Shown here: piece after piece, positions 8,430 to 18,700 of the stretch
How the letters are laid out: the number at the start of each line of letters is the position of its first letter
Numbering within the stretch: the stretch's first letter is position 1
Source of the DNA: Candidatus Scalindua sp.
GTDB taxonomy: Bacteria > Planctomycetota > Brocadiia > Brocadiales > Scalinduaceae
NCBI GenBank assembly: GCA_031316235.1
Contig: JALDRA010000001.1
Span: 3,480,001 to 3,512,000 of the forward strand
Reading direction: 5' to 3'
Length of the DNA: 32,000 bases
Translations under genes and position numbers: made by a program
The notes under the pieces: model-generated
Databases searched by the model: none
Seen by the model: the letters and a program-made list of their open reading frames with translations, nothing else
What the model was told of the DNA's origin: nothing

Positions 8430-8908
8430 ATGAAAACAACAAGATCGTAATTATCGGGGTCGGGAATTTATTACTGATGGATGAGGGGATCGGTATTCAC
8501 GTAATAGATGAGCTGGAAAAATATAAACTCCCGCAAAACGTTAAAATCTATGATGGGGGTACCGGAGGGTTTAAACTGAACAACCTTATGGCAGGGGCAA
8601 AAAACGTAATTTTTATTGATGCGGTTGAAACAGGCAAACCGCCAGGTACAATTACCTCATTCAAATCTGTTAATGTCCGTGCAAAATATCGAAAGAAAAA
8701 ATATTCTCTACACGACACAGATCTGCTGGAAGTAATTAAAATGGCAGAACTTCTGGAATCTTCACCTGATATTGAGATAGTTGGTGTGCAGCCTAAGACA
8801 ATCAATTATGGTACTACGCTCTCGAAAGAGCTACATGATTCAATTCCTGACATAATAAGTACCGTATTGAATAAAGTTGAAGAAATTTGTAGTATTACCT
8901 CAGTCTGA
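8426..8908 (+). CDS. Hydrogenase maturation endopeptidase (HycI/HoxW-like)
   Basis: N-terminal IIGVGNLLLMDEGIGIHV signature and a 160-aa size. Its start forms an ATGA overlap with hydA. Confidence 0.85.
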   Translation: MNENNKIVIIGVGNLLLMDEGIGIHVIDELEKYKLPQNVKIYDGGTGGFKLNNLMAGAKNVIFIDAVETGKPPGTITSFKSVNVRAKYRKKKYSLHDTDLLEVIKMAELLESSPDIEIVGVQPKTINYGTTLSKELHDSIPDIISTVLNKVEEICSITSV

Positions 8909-8945
8909 AAAACTGATGAATTAGCGGAAAAAGGAGCTAATTTAT

Positions 8946-9359
8946 ATGGCAGATCAAAAAATATTAATTATCGATGATGACCCGGATATAGCAGAGGCAA
9001 TGAGGATGCCTCTTGAAGCAAACTCCTATAACGTGATCACTGCAGATTGCGGAAGGGAAGGGTTAAGGAAGGCAAGAGAAGAAATGCCGGATTTAATCAT
9101 ACTTGATGTGATGATGGAGACTGATACTGAAGGTTTTCATGTGGCATATGAACTGCGTAATGAAGAACCGGACTCTGAATACAAGCGCTGTAGTAAAATT
9201 CCCATTCTGATGATTACGGCCATATCCAGGCAAAAAGGGTTCAGCTTTTCCCCGGAAAAAGATGAAGCATTTTTACCGGTTGATGATTTCATAGAAAAAC
9301 CCATCCAGCCTAAAGACCTGTTGAAAAAGGTTGCTGAACTTCTGGTAAATAACAAGTAG
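8946..9359 (+). CDS. Stand-alone response-regulator receiver protein
   Basis: CheY-like domain with ILIIDDD and DLIILDVMM (phospho-acceptor Asp). There is no output domain. An aaggag SD lies upstream. Confidence 0.85.
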   Translation: MADQKILIIDDDPDIAEAMRMPLEANSYNVITADCGREGLRKAREEMPDLIILDVMMETDTEGFHVAYELRNEEPDSEYKRCSKIPILMITAISRQKGFSFSPEKDEAFLPVDDFIEKPIQPKDLLKKVAELLVNNK

Positions 9360-9424
9360 TTTTACCCTGACCACGGTTTGTTACCAGAGATGATGGAATG
9401 CAAACTTATACGTTTTATTAAATT

Positions 9425-9925
9425 ATGCTGCCAGATATCCCTGTATCGGAAAAACCTCCATTAGAAAAGGAACTTATCGAACGGGTTTTATGGATCATAA
9501 CCATTCGCTGGATCGCTGTAGCAGGAATATGTGCCACTTCTTTACTGGCATACTGCGTCCTCTCTATTGATCTGCCTCTCACGTCAATTTTAATTGTTGC
9601 TGCCTGCATCGCGCTATTTAACATCGGTTGTATATTTTATCACCGTTACATAAAATGCATATCGTATCGCCAGTATGTAAAATCACATCAACGATTTGTT
9701 CATTTACAGATAACAGTTGACTGCATTGCACTGGTATCACTTTCCCATTATACGGGTGGGGTAGAAAGCCCCGTGGTATTCTACTTCATATTTCATGTCA
9801 TTATTGCTGCTATACTTCTGCCAAGAAGGTCATGTTATCTTCAAACAACATTTACACTGCTGTTGATTATAACCATGTCAATTCTGGAATATGGGAATAT
9901 CATTCCTCATGTTCAAATTGTATAA
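9425..9925 (+). CDS. Membrane sensor (multi-TM) portion of a histidine kinase, ending at an in-frame TAA
   Basis: 166 aa with about 5 hydrophobic helices. It is in the same reading frame as 9965-10810, and the only stop between the two ORFs is the TAA at 9923-9925. Confidence 0.6.
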   Translation: MLPDIPVSEKPPLEKELIERVLWIITIRWIAVAGICATSLLAYCVLSIDLPLTSILIVAACIALFNIGCIFYHRYIKCISYRQYVKSHQRFVHLQITVDCIALVSLSHYTGGVESPVVFYFIFHVIIAAILLPRRSCYLQTTFTLLLIITMSILEYGNIIPHVQIV

Positions 9926-9964
9926 CTATTTTCAAATCACGCCTATAATAACGGTCTTTATCTA

Positions 9965-10810
9965 TTGTCCATACTTTTCTTCTGCATCACCTCTTTATGC
10001 GTCTCTGCATACCTGGCTACCACTATTGTCAATCATCTCAGAGAGAGAGAAAGAGAAATAGTTGTTCTCAGGGACAATATCACTGATGCATATAAAAAAC
10101 TGGAAACAAAGGAGAGAGAAAAGAGTGAGTTCACCTGTAAGGTAACCCATGAGCTCAGGGCGCCCCTAAGCGCAATACAGAGTCTCTTGCAATCAATCGA
10201 AGAGGGCTATGCGGGAGAAATATCAGAGAAGGCAAGAGAGTTAATCATACGTTCTGAAAAAAGGACAGCTTTTCTTTTAACACTTGTCAGAGACCTGCTT
10301 GATCTGGTTACCGGTAAAACAGGAAAGCCGAGAGAGAGCAATCGTAAATTGGTAGATATGAATGAAGCCGTTAACGGTACGCTTCAACTCATGCAGGAAA
10401 AAGTAAAGGAGAAGAATATCAACCTTATCGTTAATGCCACGGAAAAACCTGCTTATCTGAATATCATTCCGGATGATCTGGATATTATCATGACAAATCT
10501 GATTGGTAATGCAATAAAGTATACCAAGGCAGATGGTACAATACATATAACCAGTATAATAGAGGGAAATCAAATCAAGGCGGAGATTTCTGACACGGGA
10601 ATCGGGATACCCAAAGATGACATTAATAAGATCTTTTGCGAATTTTACCGGTCGAAAAATGCAAAAACTGTTGAACGGGACGGTACAGGGCTGGGATTAA
10701 CCATAGTGAAAGAGCTGATGAGAAAATACGGTGGACACATTGATGTGCAGAGTACTTTAGGACAGAACACAACCGTTACTGTTGCATTTCCTGCGGAAAC
10801 GCAACAGTAA
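9965..10810 (+). CDS. Histidine kinase core (last TM helix, HisKA, HATPase_c), a continuation of 9425-9925
   Basis: H-box THELRAPLSAI, N-box NLIGNAIKY and G-boxes DTGIGI / GTGLGLTIV. The only available start is a TTG with no SD. Confidence 0.7.
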   Translation: MSILFFCITSLCVSAYLATTIVNHLREREREIVVLRDNITDAYKKLETKEREKSEFTCKVTHELRAPLSAIQSLLQSIEEGYAGEISEKARELIIRSEKRTAFLLTLVRDLLDLVTGKTGKPRESNRKLVDMNEAVNGTLQLMQEKVKEKNINLIVNATEKPAYLNIIPDDLDIIMTNLIGNAIKYTKADGTIHITSIIEGNQIKAEISDTGIGIPKDDINKIFCEFYRSKNAKTVERDGTGLGLTIVKELMRKYGGHIDVQSTLGQNTTVTVAFPAETQQ

Positions 10811-10841
10811 CCAGATATTGAGATGCATAATGATTTTGCAG

Positions 10842-10892
10842 CGCTCTTTTCTGCTGTTTTCACGGCTTCAGTAAAAGCATCAGAAAAGAGCG
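10842..10892 (+). terminator. Long hairpin after the kinase gene (possible terminator)
   Basis: 12-bp perfect arms cgctcttttctg (10842-10853) / cagaaaagagcg (10881-10892). There is no clear U-tract. Confidence 0.4.
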
Positions 10893-11235
10893 GAAACCAG
10901 AGATCTTTTCCCGACTTGTTCGAGTTGAGAGGTTACTAAACAAAAGATATTCATGTTAACAGGGTACTGTATGGTAAAACAGCGGCACCAGTTTATAATG
11001 ATTCGTTTGATATGCAAGCTGATTTATCATATAATGAAAAATGCATGTCAAACGTGAACGGTTTGTGTTCTTGACATCGGCATCGGTTTTGACTGTTTTC
11101 AACTTTTTTTTAATAACATCATAACGAGTACCGGTCCAATCCTGGGAGCAGATAAATTACCTTTTCAACAAATCGGTTGCTCTCCAGGTAATTGCGTTTC
11201 CAGCGCGAGATATTGGTCAATAATGTCTTACTAAG

Positions 11236-12258
11236 ATGTTTCAGAAATTAAAAAAGCGCTTACGCATCTTCAGCCCAAGAAAAATATACAATCTTCTCAT
11301 GGGTAGGTTTCAGTCTGCAATTGGTTCTGCTCATCTTTATTACTATCCGACCAAAATTACGATAGAATCAGGTAACATCTGTAACCTGCGCTGTCCTCTC
11401 TGTCCAACTGGCCAGCGGGATGTTTCTGCGAAAAAAGGGTTTCTTTCCTATTCTGATTTCCAAAAACTGATAGACGAAATAGGTAAGAATCTGCTCGTAA
11501 TCAGGTTATACAATTGGGGGGAACCCCTCCTGAACAAAGAACTTATAAGGATGGTAGAGTATGCTGATCAAAAAAATATTGCCGTGAAGATAAGTACCAA
11601 CCTGAGTTTTCCGGTCAGTAACGAGTTGGGTGAGTCTTTAATGCGCGGTAATTTGCAGAAGATTTATATCTCGTGTAACGGCGTGAGCAGAACATCTTAC
11701 CTGACGTATCACATTGACGGGGATTTTGACAGGGTTATTGCCAACATGAGGCTTTTAGTGGGGAAAAAAAAGCAGTTAAACAATTTCTATACTGATATAG
11801 TCTGGCTGTTTCATGTGTTTAAACACAATGAACATGAGATTGAGGCAGCCAGGGTAATGGCGAAAGAGGTAGGCGTAAAATTGATCTTAAATAAAATGCG
11901 CACTGATATGGGGAAGGAGATTTTTGAGACTGCCGAGAAATCTATAGGGCGGGATTCCCGGTGGTTGCCGAGTAATCCTGATTTTAATATCTTTGATATG
12001 GAAGAAAAAAAATCAAAGAAAATGACTCGCTGTCGCCTTTTATGGACTGAAACGGTGATTAATTGGGAGGGTTCTGTTTTACCATGCTGTTCTGTCTATA
12101 GTGAAGTACACTCTTTCGGTAATATACAGGAACGCTCCTTTAAAGAAATCTGGAACAATGAAAAGTATAAGTCTGCACGAAAAGAGGTCAGCGGTCAAAG
12201 AAACAGTACGAAGACGGTCTGCCATGTGTGTAAGATGAATGGGTATTTATATTCTTAA
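11236..12258 (+). CDS. Radical SAM enzyme with a SPASM/twitch-like C-terminal Cys cluster
   Basis: CNLRCPLCPTG (CxxxCxxC) at residues ~49-56, plus C-terminal CRLLW...LPCCSVYS...CHVCK. Confidence 0.85.
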   Translation: MFQKLKKRLRIFSPRKIYNLLMGRFQSAIGSAHLYYYPTKITIESGNICNLRCPLCPTGQRDVSAKKGFLSYSDFQKLIDEIGKNLLVIRLYNWGEPLLNKELIRMVEYADQKNIAVKISTNLSFPVSNELGESLMRGNLQKIYISCNGVSRTSYLTYHIDGDFDRVIANMRLLVGKKKQLNNFYTDIVWLFHVFKHNEHEIEAARVMAKEVGVKLILNKMRTDMGKEIFETAEKSIGRDSRWLPSNPDFNIFDMEEKKSKKMTRCRLLWTETVINWEGSVLPCCSVYSEVHSFGNIQERSFKEIWNNEKYKSARKEVSGQRNSTKTVCHVCKMNGYLYS

Positions 12259-12261
12259 GTC

Positions 12262-14376
12262 ATGACATTACACGAGATTGTAGCATTAATAGGTTTTATC
12301 CTTGGTTCCATCCTTCATACAGTGCTCTCTATTCTGATTATACAGAGGAAAAACAAAAAGGGCAGTGAGCTTGTGTTTTTGTTTCTCGTTATCAGTGTTG
12401 CAATGTGGCATTATGGTAACGCTCTTTTCCTTTGCAGCATAATGCTGTTTGGTGAAAATATTCCAGTTATCACCCAATTATCGAATGCGATTGCATGTAC
12501 GGGTATGGGTGTCATGCCAAGTCTCCTTCTCCATACTTCTGTATTATTTCTTTTTGAAAGTGGTTGGAATGTCAGGAAGCTTTATCGTTTGTCTATTGTC
12601 TCCGTAATTTATCTTCCCATTATTCTCCTTTCATTTACAGCGGACAAGATAATCTTTTCAGATGAATCACGAATACTGATGAGTATGTCTCCATTTGTTA
12701 AGTTTTTTATTGTATGGCTGTTGTTTTCAATCCTTACTTCGGCCTTCATATCGCGCGTACTTTCTACGAAGGTTGAAGAGATTGAGGAACAGAAATTCCA
12801 TTTTTCTATATTCTGGATTCTTATTTTCATTGCGATTCTTGTTGCAGTTACTATTCTTATCGAAGGAAGGGCCATTTCGTATATCGGTGATTATCTGATC
12901 CTGGCTACAATGCTTTCATCAATATTTCCGAGCATTATCTTTGCCTATTATGTCTACCGATACAATTATATGGAATTTGTTCTCAGAAGGAGTGTCTTTT
13001 ATTCTTTCCTGGCATTGATTGTCATCTGTTTCTACTATTTTGGGATAAAGCAGTTAAGTAAAAACCTGGAGCTGAATTATTCGGTTGATGCAAAGGTAGT
13101 AGAGGCTGTTTTTGTTATCGCACTTGTGTATTGGTTTCCAAAGCTGAAAGATAAGGTTCAGGGCTTGATGAGAAGGTTGTTTTTTAAAAGAATAGCTGAC
13201 AGCGAATACCTGCTCCATGATTTAAGCCATCAGATTAGCGCTGATTTGTTAATAGATCTGACTCTGTTATTGGAAAATGTTGTTGAATCGATTAAAAAGG
13301 CAACCTCAAGCAGGCATGTTAATTTGATCCTGTTTAAGGTGGGCAGGACACAGATTTTTGGATCCATGAACGGCGTTCTTCTTGTAAAAGATGATATCCG
13401 AAGTGTGAATAAGTATTTTGAAAAAGGTGAGATTGCATTGTTAGATAGACATGAAATCAAAGATGTCTCTATCATAAATGAGATGAAGCGGTTAGATGCA
13501 TTCTTTCTGTTTCCTATCTTTAAGGACAGGAAACTGGTTGGTTTGTTGTCGCTTGGAAAATCAAAAAGAGGATTCCGCTTACCCGCTGATAACCTTGAAC
13601 AGTTAATGATTATTGCAAATCAGATAAGCAATGCAATGGCCAAAGCAGAGCTCATTGAGGAGAAACTCCAGTTGGAAAGGAAGATGTATGAGAACGAGAA
13701 ACTGTCGAGTCTCGGCAGGCTGTCCATGAGTGTTGCTCATGAGGTGAAGAATCCGCTGAGTTCAATAAAGGCTATTGTACAGGTTTTGCGGGAAGATTTA
13801 AAGAATGATACAAAAACAGAAGAGAGTCTTTCCATTATTGTTGAAGAGATTGATCGTCTAACAAAAGTTGTGTACCAGTTACTGGAGTTTGCTAAACCTC
13901 AGGCAGATAGCAAGACTAACGTGAAGATCCATGAAGTCTTTAATAAGCTTCTTGTCGTTTTGAGGCATGAAGCAAGTATGAACAATATTGAGATTCGGTT
14001 GAAGGTTCCGGAAAACCTACCTGCTATTAAAGCGGATGAAGGATCTTTGAAAGAGGCTTTTTTTAATGTTATTTATAATGCTATTCAGGCGATGTCGACA
14101 GGTGGAAGATTGACGATTGCAGCTCGTTATATTTACAAAAGCGATAGTATTGAGATTGTATTTAAGGATACGGGTCCCGGAATTCGGGAAGAAATAGTCG
14201 ATAAAGTTTTTGAGCCATTTTATACGACTAAACAAACTGGTACAGGCCTGGGATTGACAATTGTGAAAAAGAAACTGGAAGAAATAGGCGGTGTCGTGTA
14301 TGTAGACAAGGGAAGTTCTTCTTCAAAGGTTATTATGAAGATTCCTTCAGCCGAAGGAGTATTGATTTCAGCGTGA
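12262..14376 (+). CDS. Multi-TM sensor histidine kinase with a GAF-like domain (NtrB-type partner of the downstream sigma54 activator)
   Basis: About 8 N-terminal hydrophobic helices and a GAF-like region (FPIFKDRKLVGLLSLG). H-box SVAHEVKNPLSSI and G-boxes DTGPGI / GTGLGLTIV are present. Confidence 0.85.
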   Translation: MTLHEIVALIGFILGSILHTVLSILIIQRKNKKGSELVFLFLVISVAMWHYGNALFLCSIMLFGENIPVITQLSNAIACTGMGVMPSLLLHTSVLFLFESGWNVRKLYRLSIVSVIYLPIILLSFTADKIIFSDESRILMSMSPFVKFFIVWLLFSILTSAFISRVLSTKVEEIEEQKFHFSIFWILIFIAILVAVTILIEGRAISYIGDYLILATMLSSIFPSIIFAYYVYRYNYMEFVLRRSVFYSFLALIVICFYYFGIKQLSKNLELNYSVDAKVVEAVFVIALVYWFPKLKDKVQGLMRRLFFKRIADSEYLLHDLSHQISADLLIDLTLLLENVVESIKKATSSRHVNLILFKVGRTQIFGSMNGVLLVKDDIRSVNKYFEKGEIALLDRHEIKDVSIINEMKRLDAFFLFPIFKDRKLVGLLSLGKSKRGFRLPADNLEQLMIIANQISNAMAKAELIEEKLQLERKMYENEKLSSLGRLSMSVAHEVKNPLSSIKAIVQVLREDLKNDTKTEESLSIIVEEIDRLTKVVYQLLEFAKPQADSKTNVKIHEVFNKLLVVLRHEASMNNIEIRLKVPENLPAIKADEGSLKEAFFNVIYNAIQAMSTGGRLTIAARYIYKSDSIEIVFKDTGPGIREEIVDKVFEPFYTTKQTGTGLGLTIVKKKLEEIGGVVYVDKGSSSSKVIMKIPSAEGVLISA

Positions 14377-15788
14377 AAACTAATGGCATGAAAAAATCGA
14401 TATTAATAGTTGATGATGAAAAAGCTGCCCGCTACGGCATGAGAATGGTACTGGAAAAAGACGGGTATGAAGTCCTGGAGGCAGGAGACAGTGATTCCGC
14501 CTTTGAGATGATAAGGGAGAAGAACCCTCCCCTTGTTTTTCTTGATATCAATATGCCGCGAGTCAGCGGTATTCAGGTTCTGGAAGAGATAAATCGTCTG
14601 GTTAATCCCCCAATAGTTGTTATTGTGACAGCATACGGTTCTGAACGTATTGCAGTAGATGCAATGAAGAAGGGTGCTTATGATTATGTATCGAAACCTT
14701 TTGAGATCGAGGAGCTCAGGGTAATAGCAAAGAACATATTTGAAAAACATTCTCTTCAGGAAGAAAATGCCAGATTGCGTTTAGAGATTAACAGACTGGA
14801 ATCAATGGGTGAAATTATCGGCAAAAGCCGGGGAGTAAAGGGCGTCTTTAACAGGATAGAGAAGGTTGGCCCGTCTGATGTGACGGTATTAATTCAGGGA
14901 GAAAGTGGCAGTGGTAAAGAGTTGGTAGCCAAAGAGATTCACAAAAGGAGTTCCCGTAAAGACAATTCCATGGTAATCATGAATTGTGCGGCATTACCTG
15001 AGACATTAATCGAGAGCGAACTGTTTGGACACGAAAAGGGTGCCTTTACAGGCGCTGTAGAGAGAAGATTAGGTAAATTTGAGCTGGCTGACAAAGGGAC
15101 AATTTTTCTTGATGAAGTAGGAGATATGAGCCCCAATACGCAAGCAAAGGTTTTACGGATCCTCCAGGAACAAAGCTTTGAGCGTTTGGGAGGCACTGAA
15201 ACACTTCATGTTGATGTCCGACTCATAAGTGCGACGCATAAGGATTTACTTCATGAGATTAAAGAGGGGAGATTTCGTGAGGATTTGTATTATCGGCTGA
15301 AAGTTGTTGAGATTTTACTTCCGCCATTGAGAGACCGCCGAGAAGATATTATTCTGCTGGCCGAAAGATTTATTCCATTTTATGCTGCAAAACATAAAAA
15401 GAATGTAAAATCAGTTTCGAAGGAGACGGTAAAGATTTTTATGAGATATAATTGGCCGGGAAATATCAGACAGCTGCAGAATGAGATTGAGAGTGCTATA
15501 GTAATGGCCGGCGGTGAGACACTGGAGATTGATGATTTTTCTGATGAAATTAAGAACTCGGATACCAATAGTGCCACTTTTATCAACATTGACTATAGTT
15601 TACCTTTCCGGGATGCAAAAAAAATCGCGGTTGAGTCATTTGAAAGAGATTTTGTCAGCAGAAAACTGAAAGAGAATAATGGGAACATTAGTAAGGCTGC
15701 AGAAGAGCTTGGTATGCATCGGCAGAGTTTGCAACAAAAGATCAAGGAGTTAAATATGAAGAAGGAGTGTGATAATTATGAAAAATGA
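14373..15788 (+). CDS. NtrC-family sigma54-dependent response regulator (REC, AAA+, Fis-type HTH)
   Basis: Receiver ILIVDDE...FLDINMP, Walker A GESGSGKE, the GAFTGA loop, and C-terminal HTH NISKAAEELGMHRQSLQQKI. The start is either the GTG at 14373 (overlapping the HK stop) or the ATG at 14388. Confidence 0.9.
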   Translation: MKTNGMKKSILIVDDEKAARYGMRMVLEKDGYEVLEAGDSDSAFEMIREKNPPLVFLDINMPRVSGIQVLEEINRLVNPPIVVIVTAYGSERIAVDAMKKGAYDYVSKPFEIEELRVIAKNIFEKHSLQEENARLRLEINRLESMGEIIGKSRGVKGVFNRIEKVGPSDVTVLIQGESGSGKELVAKEIHKRSSRKDNSMVIMNCAALPETLIESELFGHEKGAFTGAVERRLGKFELADKGTIFLDEVGDMSPNTQAKVLRILQEQSFERLGGTETLHVDVRLISATHKDLLHEIKEGRFREDLYYRLKVVEILLPPLRDRREDIILLAERFIPFYAAKHKKNVKSVSKETVKIFMRYNWPGNIRQLQNEIESAIVMAGGETLEIDDFSDEIKNSDTNSATFINIDYSLPFRDAKKIAVESFERDFVSRKLKENNGNISKAAEELGMHRQSLQQKIKELNMKKECDNYEK

Positions 15789-18700
15789 TTTTGTCCATTT
15801 ACATGTACATAGTGAGTATAGTCTGCTGGATGGCGCATGCAGGATCAGGGATCTTATTGACAGGGCAAAGTCCTTAAAGATGAACAGCCTGGCATTGACA
15901 GACCACGGTAATATGTTTGGGACAATCAAGTTTTACGAATGCGCAAGAGAAAAGGGGATAAAACCCGTCATTGGTTTTGAGACGTATGTCACTCCGGAAA
16001 GTAGACTGAAAAAAGAGGGTGGAAAGGGGGATTTGTACCATGTAACACTTCTGGCGGAAAATAATGACGGGTATAAAAATCTTTTAAAATTAACCACCGC
16101 TTCGTATCTTGATGGATTTTATTATAAACCCAGAATAGACAAGGAGATATTAAATCAGCATTCAGACGGAATCATCTGCCTGAGCGGATGCATGCAGTCT
16201 GAGATAAACCAGCATTTCCTGAAAGGAAACAGCGATAAGGCCTTTGAATCGGCGACTCAATATAAAGATATATTCGGGGTAGATAATTTCTATATTGAAC
16301 TACAGGACAACAATATTGAGGGGCAGGGTGGTCTCGTCAAAAAGGGGATGGCATTGAGTAAAGAACTGGGATTACAGACAGTTGTTACAAATGATGTGCA
16401 CTACATGAACCCTGAAGATGCTTATGCCCATGATGTACTGTTATGTATCAATACCGGCAGAACATTGAATGAATCTAATAGAATGCGCTTTACGTCTAAT
16501 GAGTTTTATTTTAAGACAAGGAAACAGATGGAAGAAAACTTCCGGGAATTACCAGAGGCACTCTCTAATACCGTGAAGATTTCTGATAGATGCAATGTTG
16601 AGCTTAACTTCCATGAGATGCACTTGCCAAGATTTGTTGTCGATGAGAAATCACCTTGTTATAAACCCGGTATCACGAATCCGGAGTTTTTGAGAGAAAT
16701 TTGTAGAAGTGGGGCCAGAGAAATATATCAAACGATTAGTCCGGAGATAAATGAAAGACTGGAGCATGAACTTAAGGTAATTGAAGAGACTGGTTTTGTT
16801 GATTATTTCCTCATTGTTGGTGACTTTATTGATTTTGCAAACAGGACGCACATCCCGGCAACTGGACGAGGTTCCGGTGCCGGAAGTCTGGTTGCCTATG
16901 TACTTGGAATTACCAACGTAGATCCCATAAAGTACGATTTGTTGTTTGAACGATTCCTCAATGCGGAAAGACTCTCAATGCCTGACCTGGATATCGATTT
17001 CTGCGCAGAGGGGAGGGAGAAGGTTATTCAATACGTACGACAGAAATATGGAGGTGACAGTAATGTCGCACAGATTATCACCTTTGGCAGGATGAAGGCG
17101 AAGGGTGTTATCCGGGACGTCGGCAGAGTGATGAATATACCGCTGTTTGTTGTTGATAAGGTGGCGAAATTGATTCCCCCTACTCTGGGTATCAGCTTGA
17201 AGGATGCATTAAAACAAGAGCCGGAGCTGAAGGCCTTATACGAAAATGATAAACAGATCAAGGAGCTGTTTGACATCTCTGCAAAGCTTGAAGGATTGAG
17301 CCGTCACGCCTCCACCCATGCGGCAGGGGTAGTTGTTTCTGATGAACCATTGACAAATTATATTCCTCTGGCAAAGAACAAGGATACCGTAATAACACAA
17401 TTTGATGGCGAAACACTTGTTGAAAAGATTGGTCTGTTAAAGGCAGATTTTCTTGGAGTGCGGAAGTTCACCGTTATTGACAAGGCAACGAAACTGATAA
17501 AGGCAACAACCGGTAAGGAAATTGATGTGAGCAAAATTCCCCTGGATGACAGGAAAACATATACATTGCTGTCTCTGGGTGATGTCAAGGGGGTGTTCCA
17601 GGTAGAGACAAGCAGCGGTTTCAGAGATCTGTTACTGAAGCTTAAACCTGACAAATTTGAGGATATTCTCCCTCTCGTTGCCTTATACCGGCCCGGGCCA
17701 TTACAGAGCGGGATGGTGGATACATTTATCAATTGCCGTCATGGCAGAGAAGAGGTTTCCTATCTTCACCCAAAACTGGAACCGTTGCTTAAAGAAACGT
17801 ACGGGTTGATTGTGTACCAGGAACAGGTGATGCGTATTGCAAACAGGTTGGGAGGCTTTTCCTTGAATGAGGCTGATAATCTGAGAAAGGCAATGGGGAA
17901 GAAAAAGCCTGAGGTCATGGCAAAATTCAAAAATCAGTTTATCGAGGGGGCTGTACACAGAGAGATATCAAAAGAGGTAGCAGTGAAAATATTCGAGTTG
18001 ATGGAGTATTTTGCTGGTTATGGTTTTAATAAATCTCACTCAGCCGCTTATGCAATGATCTGCTATCAAACTGCTTATTTGAAGGCGAATTTCCCGACCC
18101 AGTATATGGCTGCACAGATGACGTGTGAGAAACAGAATAATGATAAGATTGTGGATTACATGAATGAATGCCGTCGGATGGGTATTGAGGTGTTGCCTCC
18201 ATCGATAAATGAGAGCTATTCAGACTTTACCATGATATCGGAAAACAGGATACTGTGCGGCCTGGGAGTTATAAAGAATGTAGGCGAGAAGGCAATAGAA
18301 TCCATAATTTCCGCCAGGAAGATGGACGGCAAATTCACTTCGATATATGACTTCTGTGAACGCATAGACTTGCGACTGGTAAATAAGCAGGTGATTGAAA
18401 GTCTCGTTAAGGCAGGCTGTTTTTCTGAATTGCCAGGACATGGGGCTCAGTTTCTGGAAGGCATCGAGACCTTATTGCAGCTGGGGAATAGATTAAACAG
18501 GGACCGTCGTATGGGACAGATGACACTCTTTGGTAACATGGGTGACGATATGGGTTCAGGTGAGTATCATCATCTGCCAGAAATCGAAAGATGGTCTGAA
18601 AAGGAGTTATTGAAGGCAGAAAAGGATGCGTTAGGTTTTTATGTTACTTCTCACCCGTTAAAGAGATATGAAGCTTTAATAAAAAAACATTCGAATACTT

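Noticed and set aside
9923-9925. In-frame stop in the histidine kinase as a selenocysteine or programmed recoding site
   Set aside because: The codon is TAA, not TGA. No SECIS-like hairpin follows. A nonsense mutation or sequencing error is the simpler explanation.
10823-10939. 38-codon ORF (MHNDFAALFSAVFTASVKASEKSGNQRSFPDLFELRGY) as a possible precursor peptide for the radical SAM/SPASM enzyme
   Set aside because: It has no SD and starts 13 nt after the kinase stop. It is largely made up of the 10842-10892 hairpin and has no Cys/Gly-rich core typical of SPASM substrates.
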